DNA from: Octopus sinensis
Taxonomy: Eukaryota
NCBI RefSeq assembly: GCF_006345805.1
Contig: NC_043009.1
Span: 39,370,001-39,434,000 of the forward strand
Direction: 5' to 3'
DNA: 64,000 nucleotides
How positions within the stretch are numbered: the first letter of the stretch is position 1; each line of letters begins with the position of its first letter. The notes beneath the pieces are model-generated. The model was not told where the DNA came from and searched no databases. It saw only the letters and a list, made by a program, of their open reading frames with translations. Position numbers and translations under genes: made by a program. This document shows, one piece after another, positions 37,741 through 51,700 of the stretch.

Positions 37741-39489
37741 CTGCAATTGAAATCGTCTCTCAAGTAACAACTATTTAACAGCTCAAAGCAATATCAGACT
37801 GCTAATTCGCAAGCCTTTCATTCAAAAGGCCCTTTATTTAAAACACAGTAGACAATCATAAGAAAGAGGTATTTTTAACAACTTGATTTTACTGTTATTT
37901 AGATATTTCCATCAATTCGGTATTGTTAGCTCTTCCCGACTAGTTCTATTTTAACAATCTACTTTTTCGAAATTTCCTCATATGAAAGGTTCTCCTCACA
38001 AACAATTATTTTTCTTCTTTTACTGTGTTTGCGCAATTTACTAATAGAGTTTGATCACATTGCTTCAGTCGCAATTTGGCGTTTCATTGTGCTCGCATTT
38101 CTTCTCTAATCAAATTTTCTTTCGTACTTTCCCCCGTAATGTTTACACAGCGTCTTCCAAGCTACTATATGATCTATTCTTGTCTGTGAAATGAATCACG
38201 AGTGCTGTGCAAAAAGAAGTAAATTGTCATCTTAGTGTCTACTGAAGCGAATAAAATTCTCAGTAATTGTAGTTATAGTGCACACTGATGTTTCTCTTCA
38301 AATAGAAGAAATTATTATTCCCTGCTTTAATGTCAATGCTGATGTATCAAATAGATAGTTTCTCATCTTTTGCTTACAAGTATTTCCTCTATTTTAATTT
38401 ATCACTTTTATCTCTGACTTCAAATTCTCACACAAATGAAGACAGTAAATTCTCGCAAACCATCTCTACAAATTGTAAGCAACCTGCTGTTAACCTGTGA
38501 ATGTTGACAAAGATTAGAGAATTAAATTTGGCATAGAATGATGGCGGTTTTTGTGCACAATCATTCCTTAACAAGGTATTCTGTGAAGCAAAGTCAATAA
38601 CTTGTTTTCAGCCCTCGTACGTGCAGTCTCCATTTCCTGTTATCTAAGTAAATAGTTTATTAGATACACCTTGATAAATAAGCAAATTATCTAAAAGAAT
38701 CTCATAAGTTTTTTTTATCTTCTTCTAAATAATGTAATATATTGTTATATATCAAGCAAGAAGTTGTTTGTTGAATGAGTATACTGAAATTCTCTAAATT
38801 ATAGTTTGCATTCATGCAACTACAATTCTTGTAGCAATAAGTATTTTCAATGGATCTTGACGATTTTTAGTTTCTTTTTAGGGCAACCACTCAGTAGAGA
38901 AGCTGTAAGAAAAGTGGATTTATTGGATTTAATACAACACCAGTTCCATTCACTTCAATAGATATTTATATTTGTAAACACGTTCGCGAAACAAAGACAT
39001 ACGAGACAAAGATCCATTGTAGTAATTTAATTTTTAAAACGTTCCACTATAAATACTAATAGCCATTTTCTTTTTAAATACACAAAAATAAAATCAATAA
39101 ATCAGCCATAATACATTACTGTGACTTAGGCGAGAGAACATGTACGTAGTCACTGAAACTGCGAAAAATGGTAGCCAAATCTATAAAATACACCGCACCT
39201 TCTTAAATAGGAGAAAGAAACTATTATAAAATATTGTCATAGAAATCTTTAAAAAGAAGAGATAGTCACAGCTGAAATGTTTGTGATGATGGGCCTGCTC
39301 CATGAGGGTTGAACTATGATGAAGCAGCAGTGATTTAGCTTAACACCTAAACCGGAGGGCTGTCAATTAAAGTAATTTTAATCAAACTTGAAATTAATTG
39401 AGCCAATCATAATATTGTAAGGCATTATTCGATTCACTACACCACTTGTAACTTGCTCACTATATTAGATATTATTATGTAGCTAGAAG

Positions 39490-40222
39490 AAGGCTGCGTG
39501 CTGGCAGAATTGTTAACACATCAATCAACATGCTTTCCGGTATTTCGTCCGCGTTTTGAGTTCAAATTTTGCGGTGGACGACTTTAACGTTTATCATTTC
39601 GAAATCGATAAAAAAGTACCAGTTAATCGACTTACATCATACCCCGAAATTGTAGGCCTTGCGCTAACCAAATATAATTAAAGTATGGCTGCGAGCTGGC
39701 AGAATCTTTAGCACGCGGGGAAAATGCTTAACGGCATTTCCTCATGCATCTTTACGTTCTGAGTTAAAATATCTGCCGAAGTCAACTTTAGCTTCCATCA
39801 ATTTGGAGTCGATAAAATAAGTACCACTTGAACGCTGGCGTCGATCTCATCGACTTACCATCTCCCTTCAAATTGCTGGCCTTGTACCAAAATTTGAAAT
39901 CAAAATCTAATTGCAGTTAGTTAAAATGTTTTAAAACTGTTGATGAATTGCTATAGTGTTGTAGGCTAATACACGTTTCATTACATGACTTGCTATTTGC
40001 TTTAAAGAATCATTTCTGCTATAGGTACAAGACTTGAAGTTTCGGGTTAAGGGCTAGTCGATCACATGAACCCAATTGCTTAAACGGTACTTATCTAATT
40101 GATCCAAAAAGGAGGGAAGGCAAATTCGACCTCAACAGAATTTGAAATTAGAACATTAAGACGGGCAGAATGGCGCTTAGCATTTTGTCTGGCGTGCTAA
40201 GGATTCTATCAGCTGGCCGTCA
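39490..40222. mobile_element. Cluster of three decayed family B-like SINEs (39490-39680 plus, 39686-39905 plus, about 40010-40222 minus)
   Basis: Repeated GCTGGCAGAAT.TTA.CAC / GAGTT.AAAT / GTCGATAAAATAAGTACCA motifs. Confidence 0.65.
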
Positions 40223-41517
40223 CCTATTTGGTTTCAGTAATGACTAGTAATGTGTGCTCAAATTCAATATTCTTATTGGCTGAATGGCTATGCGTACAGG
40301 GCAGTACTCCAACTCTGTCGAAATCTCTTGATGGTACTGAATGCTGGTCTAACACGCAGTTTAATGCTGATCTCACACATGCTGTTCGATAAACAACGTA
40401 ATTATTGATGAGATTTAAAATCAAATCAATCAGGATTAAAAGTCTCTACAAGATAGAATTTGCATTTTCTAAAGATTTTCAATCAAAACGAACCCTTTAT
40501 CCTCAAACAAGTTAAAGAACATTTCCTGAAGCGTTACCTAATACATACACCACCACACATATATTCAAAAGCATTTACGATATTACATTCCAATAAAAAT
40601 TAAATCTTAAATATTGGCGATGTTTCTGTTTTTTGTTTTTTAGGCGTACTATGCTTGAATGGTTAAGCAGTTCACTTCACCAAATGACGAGATCTGGGAT
40701 TCGATTCCAGTCCGGGACAATCTGGGCCAAGTCATTTTCTTTTGCCTCGGGTCACCACGTACTTTACGAGTGTAATCAGATAGTCGGGAACTGAACAGAA
40801 ACTCATTAGGTGCATTGTGCACGTAATTAAAAAGGTTATGGCTTAGCGTGCATTATGTCACCCTGATTGTGCCAGAGAATAAGGGTACATAAGTTTGTGG
40901 AAAACTCAGTCACTTACTCATTCATTCAGGAAGAAGTAATTTGCTTGATCCAAGAACTTGAATCTCATTTCTGAGTGACGGAGATCGATTAACATCATTA
41001 TAGTTTGATTGCTTGTGTCGAATGTGAGATATTTATGTCCCATTTTCGATCCAAAGAGATATATTCAATAAATAAGAACTGTGTAAACTGTTCTATAATT
41101 GTCAACTCATATCTGTGAATTTCAAGAAATAATTCTTAACGATCCAAGTTACTTGTTTTGGGATATATTTCCGGGAGAAGTTATTTGATATTTTCTTAAC
41201 GTATTTTTCTGCAAATAAATAAGTTTATCACCCGCCCTCTAAAAACATAAAACCAAAATAACAATCAAAATTAAAAGATTGTATGAAATTAAAGATAAAA
41301 TAACCATAGAAAATAACATTAAATAACTATATTGTGCTGGAAAGAAAGTCCTATAACATTTTTTACGCGATCAACGTGGGTGCTTACAGTAAAATAAGCA
41401 CTAATTTTTTTACATTCAAGCATATTTTTCTTTCATTGCATTTTACCTTGTACTACATAGGTTAAATTCGCATCGATTTTACTCTTTTAAAATGAGTCTA
41501 GATTATATTAGTCCCAT

Positions 41518-42300
41518 ATGAAACACATCATGTTGTATGAATTCAAATATAACTTTTCAGCAAAGGAAGTGGTAACAAAAATCCGTTCTCTCTATGTAAA
41601 TGAAATTTTAAGTGTCCACGCCAACGATGCTTTTAGACACTTTCGCTCGGGAATGCTTTTATCTTACAGATTCACCTGGTCCTCCATGATCAAATTTTGT
41701 CAATATTGACTTTCTGAAAACCGTAGTTGAAGAAAATCCAAAGCAAACTGCTTGAGAATTAACAAGACAACCCAAGTCACACGTCGATCATAAAACATTT
41801 TCACGAACTGGGAAAAGTGTTTCAACTGGGTTAATGAATTCCACACCGTCTGAATGCTTCTCTGCTTAACCAAAGAGTTGCTTTCTACTTATCATTGAGA
41901 GGAGATCTGCTACTGAACATTTCCTGAGTGGAATCATCACAAGTAATGAAAGGGAGTTCTCTATAATCATATGGAACGAAAATTACAATGGTTAGCGCCT
42001 AGTGAAAATGGAGAGCACATGCCCAAATCAGGACTACACCAGAAAAAAGTGATGCTCTGTGTCTGGTGGGATATAAAGTACAGAAGAATGTTGTCGTGAA
42101 CTGGAAGCACTGCACAAAAATTTGCAGGCAAAGTATCCATCATTGGTTGACCATACAAGGCTCGTACTCTGACACAACAATGTAAGACTACAAATGACCT
42201 AAACTGCTCAGATAAATATTATGGCACTGAATACAGAAGTTTTGCCTCATCCTCTTTATACTCCTAACCGTGCTCTATCTTTTATCTTTTCAGGTGATAG
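41518..42300 (+). pseudogene. Mariner (DD34D, Mos1-like) transposase pseudogene
   Basis: Frameshifted motifs in the expected order: KHIMLYEF, FLSGIITSNE (FL..IITGDE), PKSGLHQKKVMLCVWWDIK, EVLPHPLYTP (HPPYSPD). Confidence 0.85.
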
Positions 42301-42678
42301 TTAAATTTGTTTGAGGAACGTAGCTTATTAATTGCGCAGAGGTTAAGAACAATATTGAAAGTTTCTATACCACGAAAACTTAAGCACTTTACGCCCGAGA
42401 CATATTATCTTGATAAATTATATATCAATTTAGACCAAAGAAGCACTAATTTCTTGCTCGTTTTGAAAGGCGGCAATACTTTAATTCCAACCTAATAAAA
42501 TTTCAAACAAAGAAGAGAAAATTTAATAAAGAATAGATTCAATAATGTAGGAACAACACGCGGAATACAATTGAGGATGTAATATGAAATATGCACGGAA
42601 AGAAAATATAGAAGCAGTACGAGTTACTTTTGATAATAAAATGAAAAATATTGCTCATGCTATTATTTAACACTGTGA

Positions 42679-43312
42679 AGACGGTGAGCTGGCAGAAACG
42701 TTAGCACGCCGGGCGAAATGCGAGCCGTATTTCGTCTGCCGTTACGTTCTGAGTTCAAATTCCGCCGAGGTCGACGTTGCCTTTCATCCTTTCGGGGTCG
42801 ATAAATTAGGTACCAGTTACGTACTGAGGTCGAAGTAATCGACTTAATCCATTTGCCTGTCCTTGTTTGTCCTCTCTGAGTTTAGCCCCTTGTGGGTAGT
42901 AAAGAAATAGGTATTTCTTCTGCCGCTACGTTCTGAGTTCAAATTACGCCAAGGTCGACTTTGCCTTTCATCCTTTCGGAGTCGATAAATTAAGTACCAG
43001 TTAGGCACTGGGGTCGATGCAATCGACTTAATCCGTTTATCTGTCCTTGTTTGTCCCTTGTGTGTTTAGCCTCTTGTGGGCAATAAAGAATTAAGAATCG
43101 TTAGTACGCCAGGAAAAATGTTTAGTGGTATTTCGTTCTTCTTTACGTTTTGAGCTCAAATCCCGCCGAGGTCGACTTTGCGTTTCATTCTTAGGGGGAT
43201 GAATTAAGTACTAGTGTCATCCTTTCGAGGATAAGGAGATACTAGTGAAAAACTGAGGTTGATGTAATCGACTAGTCTTCTCCCAACAAATTTTAGGCCT
43301 TGTGCTTTTAAT
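42679..43312 (+). mobile_element. Head-to-tail trimer of SINE family B
   Basis: Full monomer 42679-42910, 5'-truncated monomer to about 43093, and a diverged third unit to about 43312. Confidence 0.85.
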
Positions 43313-44805
43313 ATAAATTATTATTTAACACAAGCTGAACCCTGATTAAGCACACATATGATCAAGTCAATTCCTGTTCTGAACACTCCTCCTTTGGATG
43401 TTTTTTAATGAAAATATACTTTAAATACTTGGGAATGATGTAAGTATAATCTAGCAGCTATCTCTTGCAGTATAAGCGACCACATAGAGGAAGGCTCCTC
43501 GTTGTTGCTGCTGCTGTTATTGTTAAAGCGGCGTATTGCTAGAAACAGCCATGTCAATATTCTTTTGCTTAGATACCACATGAAAAAAGCAGTAAATATG
43601 TGTGGGTTATGTTGTCTAACTCAAATACTTAATATTGCTATATATAATCAGAAATAACTGCTTCTAAATGTTTTTGACGTAGACATTGCATAAAATAAAT
43701 ATTATTTATGGTTATTGTACTTATTCATGCTTATACTTTTAACATAGATACACTCCCTCTACTTAGCATCAATTTTCACTTTTCAGTATGAAAGGATTTG
43801 AGTTATCATCATCGGTATGGATCCTCTACATTTGTTTTCCCCCCACCTTTTCTCCAGCAATGTTCGTTTATCTGCGAATGGGCTTTGTTATGTTGGAAGA
43901 CAACCAGAGGAATGAAATTACTTTGTGTTTTACGAAATAACGTTCGTCCTTAACTTTAATCTTCTGAAAGCGTTAGAGGTAATATTTTAGTTCTACTGGG
44001 ATATAGTTGATTCTCCGTCATAAATATTGATTGTGTCTCTTAGTTTGTCACAGCAATAACATTACACCATAGCTACCACAGATCGTCAAATAGAATGCAG
44101 GAATGGCTATGAGGTTAAGAAGCTCACTTTGCAACCAGGCTGACTCGGTTTTAATCCCACTATGCTGCACCTTGAGTGAGTGACTTCCCTTTGGTAGAAC
44201 GAAACTGCTGGAAGTCTATCGTATATATATATACGACAGTTATATAAGTTTCTGTTCGGGCATCTGTTGTGCCTCAATAGAAAATTGAAAAAATTGGAGT
44301 CAACAAGGAGTACGACTGAACACTGAACATTTATTTTTCAATCGCAACCATCGTTTCTACGCAATGTAGTTTTCCAGGGGTAAAAGTACATGATTTCGTA
44401 AGCGTTTCCCTGTATCATGAGATCTAGTTGTGTTTCCTCAGGTGATATGTAAACATTGTCACCGTAAGTTCAAATTCTCGGCTTCAAGAACACCCTTTCC
44501 GTCTGTCGCGGCCTGAATTTATTAGTATTCACTGAGTTCATCAATGTGTGTTGTTGCTGAAGGAACGTTGACAAACTGCTTTGAAAGTACAGATGTAGTA
44601 AGATGGTCATTCTGCTACTGTTAAAGCGGTTGTTGTTTTAAAGAGATTGGAATTTGCTTTCTGTATACTGTACATTTGTTCTTCATGGTTGGTTACACAT
44701 GCGACTGCTCTTAGCTGACCTTTAGGAATCGGCCTAGACATACATAAACGCATACACACAGATACATACGCAGACACATATATATGTATGTATGTATGTA
44801 TGTTG

Positions 44806-45385
44806 TTATCGTCACTGAAGGCTTCCTTAAGAGATGATTGCATCTCTCCTGACACATGGGAAGGCAGAGCTATTGATCGTAGCAGGTGGAGAAGGATTGT
44901 GGACGAGGGGACAGCTACTTTTGAGAAATCTCGAGTTGCACATGAGAAAGTAAAGAGGGATGTCAGGAAGGGCATCGCTGTTACACTTCCAGATGGGAAG
45001 GGTCTTCCTATGATGCTGACATGCAGTCTCTGTGCAAGACCCTGCCTCAGTAAAGCTGGACTCAAGAGTCATCTTCGTAGTCATAAAGAGAGACAGATGA
45101 GTGACAACCTGGCCACTGGTGGTGGTGTAACACACCATACTAATCCTTTCTGTCAGGCATGTAGAAGAGAGTGTAATTCGGCAGAAGGCCTTAAACGACA
45201 TGCAAAGGTATATAAAGCCCAGTTACAACTACAGCCGGCTATTACTGGCAAAGGTTTTAGCTGTCAATTCTTTACAAGACATTGTAGATATTTGGCTGGG
45301 CTAAAAAGTCACATTCGATCACAGCACCAATAACAGTTAAGCTTCGTGCAATGGCCATACTCGATAATGAGGGGGCAGCCATCAT
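44806..45385 (+). mobile_element. 5'-truncated RTE-clade LINE 3' end with three C2H2-like fingers and (ATGT)n tail
   Basis: Open frame SLKASLRDDCISPDTWEGRAIDRSRWRRIVDEG (RTE C-terminal WE..A.DR..WR motif), then CSLCARPCLSKAGLKSHLRSH, CQACRRECNSAEGLKRHAKVY and CQFFTRHCRYLAGLKSHIRSQH*; short 3' UTR; tandem-repeat tail. Confidence 0.85.
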
Positions 45386-45477
45386 GTATGTATGTATGTA
45401 TGTATGTATGTATGTATGTATGTATGTATGTATGTATGTATGTATGTATGTATATATATATATATATATATATATAA

Positions 45478-45990
45478 GGAGAATTCACAAAATAAAAAAA
45501 AACAAAAGACGAAACAGGTGATGTAGACAACAAACAGATGTCTTAGTTTAACGCTCAGGAAGTGAAAATGTCTAACATTTCGACCCTACGCTCTTCCACT
45601 GAAAGGAAAACAGAAGAAAAAAACAGGAGAGAAAATAAAGAATGTGTAGTGGCTAGCGATCTATCATGGCGAATGCCGGACAGAAGGGTCACACAGGACA
45701 GCTAGGGAGAAGAGCAAATAACAGAGTAGTGGTGATCCCAAAACGAAGGTGCGCGTGCGTTTGTATATGAGAGTTTGTATGTGCGTGTGGAACAGGGCTG
45801 GTGATCTTGAGTGTGCGTGTGTGTATGTGTAGGTGTGAAAATGTGGGGATGGGAAGTGGCCAGTGCTGATGTGTGCGTGATGGTGTGTTGTGATGTGATG
45901 TGTTGTGTTTGTTTGTTCCTTCTCTAGCCATGCTTGGCTCATAAGTGCCGGTTTCCAACGATCTAATCAAGAAAAATAGTTAAAGAATAT
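45478..45990 (-). mobile_element. PLE-type terminal-repeat remnant, same family as 4238-4445
   Basis: Shared TAACGCTCAGGAA...AAC.TTTCGA.....GCTCTTC layout; hammerhead core mutated. Confidence 0.45.
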
Positions 45991-46472
45991 AAGGTATTAA
46001 AATGATGCATTGAAAGTACAATGCACGATATTTTAAGCATTTCGTCATATGATTGACTAAAACTTTCCGTCAGGTGATATTCTACTGTCCAAGAAATATT
46101 GAGATTATAATGATAGCTGGAGTTTCAGAGTGAGTTGCTCGTCAGTCAAGAAATAACTACTTATCACGGTCTATACTTGGTTATTCGTATCTTCAATCAG
46201 GGCATGGACTTCACTAAAATTTCATATAAATCCTAGTACGCCATGAACAGAATATGTTCCTGATATCCATGCGATAATGAAGCTAGCAAACAAAGCTAAA
46301 CTGTTGTCTTGATTAACGATAATATTCATAATATATGCAGCATGCATGATATATTTTCTTCTTGAGCGAGATCTAAAAAATTTGATCTTAAATAGGAAGT
46401 GACGCATAATATATTTCTCTCACCTGATAAAAGAATAAGTTATGATATTGTTTAGTATATATATATATATAT

Positions 46473-46508
<36 letters not shown>

Positions 46509-46527
46509 GTGTGTTGTGTGTGTGTGT

Positions 46528-46560
<33 letters not shown>

Positions 46561-47673
46561 TAAACGAAGAAAGAATGATGAATGAAAAGAAAATATAAGC
46601 TCCTTAACTATGTTTACGAAAGTAATATTCTTGTTTTGAAGTTTAGAATTTCACATAATCGAAACCAGAGTCGACAGCTATTACAAGTACACACACACAC
46701 ATACACGCTCACACACACACAAACACAAACACATACACACACACACACAAACACACACATACACACTCACACACGCTCACATCTACAGACACTTACAAAC
46801 ACGCACACATACGTAGCCCACACATGAACACACAAGCACTCCAACACGCATATCATATTCTATTATTTATAATGGTATATGCATATATCCCATCACCGAG
46901 TGCATATTTTTATATGAGACACAAAGATTAACTGATATGAATTCACGCACACACGCCATTAAATTGTATTATTTATTATGGTATATACGAATATCTCATA
47001 TCTGAATTGTATATTTTATACTAGAGGAGACAAATTTAAGAAGATATGCACTTACAGAAGTGCACCCCAATGATGTGATGTACATATATTATTATTTCTT
47101 GTATTAAATTGAAAAGCTAGAAAGAAACATTTCAACGTTCTTTTGTATTCCAACTGAGACTCACTTGGAAATTCTCGAATTGTATAAATCTGATTTTATT
47201 TACTTGTCACATTTTGTACATGGGCTCGCCTGCTCCACTAAGAAAACGGCTTATAAATATGCAGTAGGTGCTGCTTGTTCGTAATCGACATCAATATAAA
47301 ATAAGTTTGGTAAATAAGTTCTAAGAAGCCGATTGAAGAAATCTTGGTCACTTAACTTGCAGAATAAATCACACAAACACAGATTAAGCAGTCGAGGCAA
47401 TCATTTATAAGAACAAAAGATAAATATTTATCAAGTAAAACGTTTTTAATCAACGTGAATCACGAAAGGAATATATATTTCCTCAACTGAATTTGCATAA
47501 CTGTTCAAGTTAAACGTTTTCTCTAAATTGAATGGATAGAAAATTATTTTAATAACTTAAGAAAATATTAAACGTTGTTTACCTACAGTTTATTAACACG
47601 TTTACATGTGTGTATGCAATGGAGAGACAGTGTGTGTACGTGTGTGTTTGTATGTGAGCATGTATATTCATGC

Positions 47674-47733
<60 letters not shown>

Positions 47734-48472
47734 TTGAATGTTTTCTATCTATGTCTATATTAAATATGATAGAATGGAAACACTCGCATAAGCATAGGCT
47801 ATTTGCTGAAGTGATTGTTAAAGCATTATTTATCATGTTCGTAAACTAATATATAAATTGCATATTTTTACTGAATAATTTGAAAGCTTTGCTTTTAATT
47901 CCTCTTTACAAATAAAGCTGAACACACAATTTTAATCTTATTAATTATAATTTCATAACTCCCAGCGTCAATAAACAGCGCAAAATGAAATAAGAAGTTT
48001 TATTTAAAATACATTTTAGTGAAGAAAGAATGCAGTCTCCATAGCACTTTACAGAGCCTCCTAGAACGCTCGGGGGTTGGCAGGAAGGTGTTTTCAAGTC
48101 GGATACCTGTCTCAATTACTACTAATTAATGACACTCCGCTAAACGGCACAACAGATACCAGTTGGTGATGTAGAAGTAACAAATAATTTTATCAGTGAT
48201 GTTGGCAATAATAAGCTTTGAAATCAGATGGAAAAGACCAGAACAGCTATTATAAAGCACCCAGCTGTACGGAATTACAGTCCTAGAAACATTTTAACCC
48301 AGTGATCAGGGATTAGAAGCAGATACTACGATGGATTCTATTCGTCATTCTAACGACTCTATCAGTTCACTGGCTCTAACAAAGAAAAAAAAAACGAAAA
48401 CGAAAAGGAAAAAAAGGAAAACCGATTGTTAATCAAAGCATTCTCTAACATTTTGGTATGACTGCGCGGAAA

Positions 48473-48882
48473 TTTACTTACTCTTTACTCTTTTACTTGT
48501 TTCAGTCATTTGACTGCGGCCATGCTGGAGCACCACCTTTAATCGAGCAACTCGACACCGGGACTTATTCTTTTGTAAGCCCAGTACTTATTCTATCGGT
48601 CTCTTTTGCCGAACCGCTAAGTAACGGGGACATAAACACACCAGCATCGGTTGTCAAGTAATGCTAGGGGGACAAACACAGACACACAAACACACACACG
48701 CATATATATACATATATACGACGGGCTTCTTTCAGTTTCCGTCTACCAAATCCACTCACAAGGCATTGGTCGGCCCGAGGCTATAGTAGAAGACACTTGC
48801 CCAAGGTGCCACGCAGTGGGACTGAACTCGGAACCATGTGGTTGGTAAACAAGCTACTTACCACACAGCCACTCCTGCGCCT
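48473..48882 (-). mobile_element. SINE family A, full length
   Basis: Near-identical to 8851-9268. Confidence 0.9.
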
Positions 48883-49655
48883 ACTTGCGTGCAAAGTTTG
48901 TCTTTCTTGGCAAAGTAAGGGTGCATCTAACATAGCAACCGTCGCACAAGTTTCTTCAGTTGAGGAAATTAGATTTCATCTTGATAACCTTGTACTCGCA
49001 CATTTCTACCTTTACTCTTTGTAAAACGTGTGCACGCGAACAAGCGCACATCCGAGAGGGAGTATTGCTAATGATGTGCTCATTCGTTCTGGTGATGTTG
49101 TAGAGATTTATACTCATGTGACAAAGAGTTTGATCAAATTATCCATTGTATGATTTATCTGAATTCGCTGGAACGAAACATATTCCGTAATTTTGATTTT
49201 TATATTAACTTATGAATGGTTTTATTCTTAGTTTAAAAACATCAATTATCAAATTATTCTAGAGTGTTGCGAGTCAGTTATAGTTTCGGTTAAGTCAAGC
49301 ACATAAGAAATATAAACTGGAGAAATACTTTTCAAAACGATACGAAATTGTTGAACATTTAAGATACACATAAATGCATTAATGGAAATTTACCGACGAT
49401 AAAACATACAGGACAAAACATTATTTGATTATTTAGTTATCACGTAGACAAAGGTTTGGAATAAATATACATCATGTTGTTGGATAATCCATTGAGAGAA
49501 AATTTGAATTGTAGTTTGAGACTAAATATATTTTGACACGATATTTTACTTCCGAATTTTATTTGGATTTATGTATATAGAAAAATTGCGGCGGGTAATG
49601 ACAGTCTTTGGTAATGTGATTTATATACATACATACATACATACATATACATACA

Positions 49656-49687
<32 letters not shown>

Positions 49688-49732
49688 CATACATACATAC
49701 ATATATACATACATATATACATACATACATAT

Positions 49733-49764
<32 letters not shown>

Positions 49765-51514
49765 CTATATATATATATAATATATATATATATATATTTA
49801 TATATATTTATATATATATATATACATATATACATACATATGTGTATCTGTCTATGTTATTTTATTGTTGATGCATATTGGCAACAACACAATATCTTGG
49901 CAAATTCAGCGAAAGGAGAATATTAATTATTGATTATCTAACATTTGGAAATCGTGTTCAATGTGATAGAATATTCTAAAAAATTTATATAAAAACGTTT
50001 CCAAATATTTGAATGTATCTGTTACATTAGTCTTTCATTCATAAGGTGAGAGCTGTCAATGACCCTTCACAAGTCTTCTTCGATTAATTGTAGGGGGATG
50101 AAAGAAGGTACCTAAAATTTGGGTCCAAGTCTGGACGCTTGCAACTGAATGGACTCCGCTAAAGACACCCAAGATGTCAGGTGGTGGTGTTGACCAGGAC
50201 TGTTTCGCTTCAGCAGCCTCATTGAAAAAAATTCAAAGATTGAAAACATATAATATAAAATAATATTAATCAATCTATTTCTACCGATTAATTGATTGAT
50301 TGTAAGAGCGGCTGCTTCTGTAAGTTCCAGGAATCTAGAGGAGAGAAGAAATTGGTGAATGGTTACATAAGATATCAGTAATATAACTTGTTCAGAAATC
50401 GGCTCTTGTTGCATCTACTCTAGGGCAAATAGAACCGATCGTTAAATGCTAGTTGAGCGATAAGTTAACTGAATGATTATTATAATTGGCTCATTGGAAG
50501 TTTGAATTGCTCCTAGACCTTGAAAAGTCAAATATTTCAAGAAATCATTTATAACTGCAAGTTATTGATTTCTCTTTCATAGCAAGCAGCAATAAATCAA
50601 TAACAGCAGTGAGATTCAAGGAAGAAATATTTCATGTATAAATTTTCCCGGACATTTTCTGTGTAAATGGCAACCCACTGAAATACAAATCAAATTTTCT
50701 TCACTTGATGGAGTCCATCTAGCAAAAGGACAATCATTTCCTCAACTATCATGTCTAAATAGAGAAAGTTATTTTAGTTAGTTGATGGTTGTTAGATTGC
50801 CATTAGTCATTTCTTTGATAAAATTTCATTCTTCCTAAACAAGCTGATCATTTCAAATGAATTCTTTGTAACAGCAGACTAAAATTTATTTAAACTTAAT
50901 TTTGAGCAACAACTTTTATAAATTTTTCGAGTGGTGAAAAGTTGTAAACTTTGAAGGATGATAATTTAAATACATAAAAATATGAAGAACGATAAAAGGT
51001 CAGAAGAGTTAACGCTATATATTGCTTAGTAAGGAAGATTCCATTTCGACCTCGAGAGACACTGTTGAGTGATATTTATCTGGAGAAACATTGAGATTAC
51101 GTAAGTGATAAATATCAAACAGTATAAGAAAACCAGAAATGTTAAAATATAATATTCTAAACTGGAGATATTGGTTCAATTTGGGTTATTTTTATTTTTT
51201 CGGTTTCTATTATATACGTTCTCACTTATTATCGAATATTTACAAATATAACACGTATACTCCTGAGAAAAAAATCTATTTTTACTTTAGGCAATATATA
51301 TATTACGTTGCACTCTGTCTACACTAACTCCCTGATACGTAACATACTACTCTTAAACTTTCTATCCTAACCTCATAGGATTGTATAACATTTACATCAT
51401 GTTTTTGAGAAAAATCTAATAAATCATTAATAGCATTATGACAATAGCTGGAAAAATGGCCGAGCTGTCAAAATCGTTAAAGACTGATAAAATGCTATGC
51501 ATATTTCTTCTCGG

Positions 51515-51700
51515 CAAAGGCGCGTGCGCTAGTGGTTAGCGTGTTGCAGTCATGATTGCTGGATCGGGGTTTCGATTTCCAGACCAAGTCGTGGGTTGTC
51601 TTTTTGAGCAAAATACATTATTTCAGATTGTTCCATTTCACTCAGGTGTAAATGAGTAAGATTGCGACTGACAAGCGTCTCGTTCAAGCGGAATGTTGTA
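51515..51700 (+). mobile_element. Decayed tRNA-headed SINE of a third type
   Basis: GCTAGTGGTTAGCGTG (A box), GGTTTCGATTTCC (B box), then TTGAGCAAAATAC...TCACTCAGGTGTAAATGAGTA. Confidence 0.5.

Noticed and set aside
44441-44520. VICKHCHRKF after a tttcctcag acceptor, BED-finger-like
   Set aside because: Only a CxxC; the frame stops after about 24 codons with no His pair.
46100-46150. CTGACGA...GAAA on the minus strand
   Set aside because: No stem II, III or I pairing; chance match.
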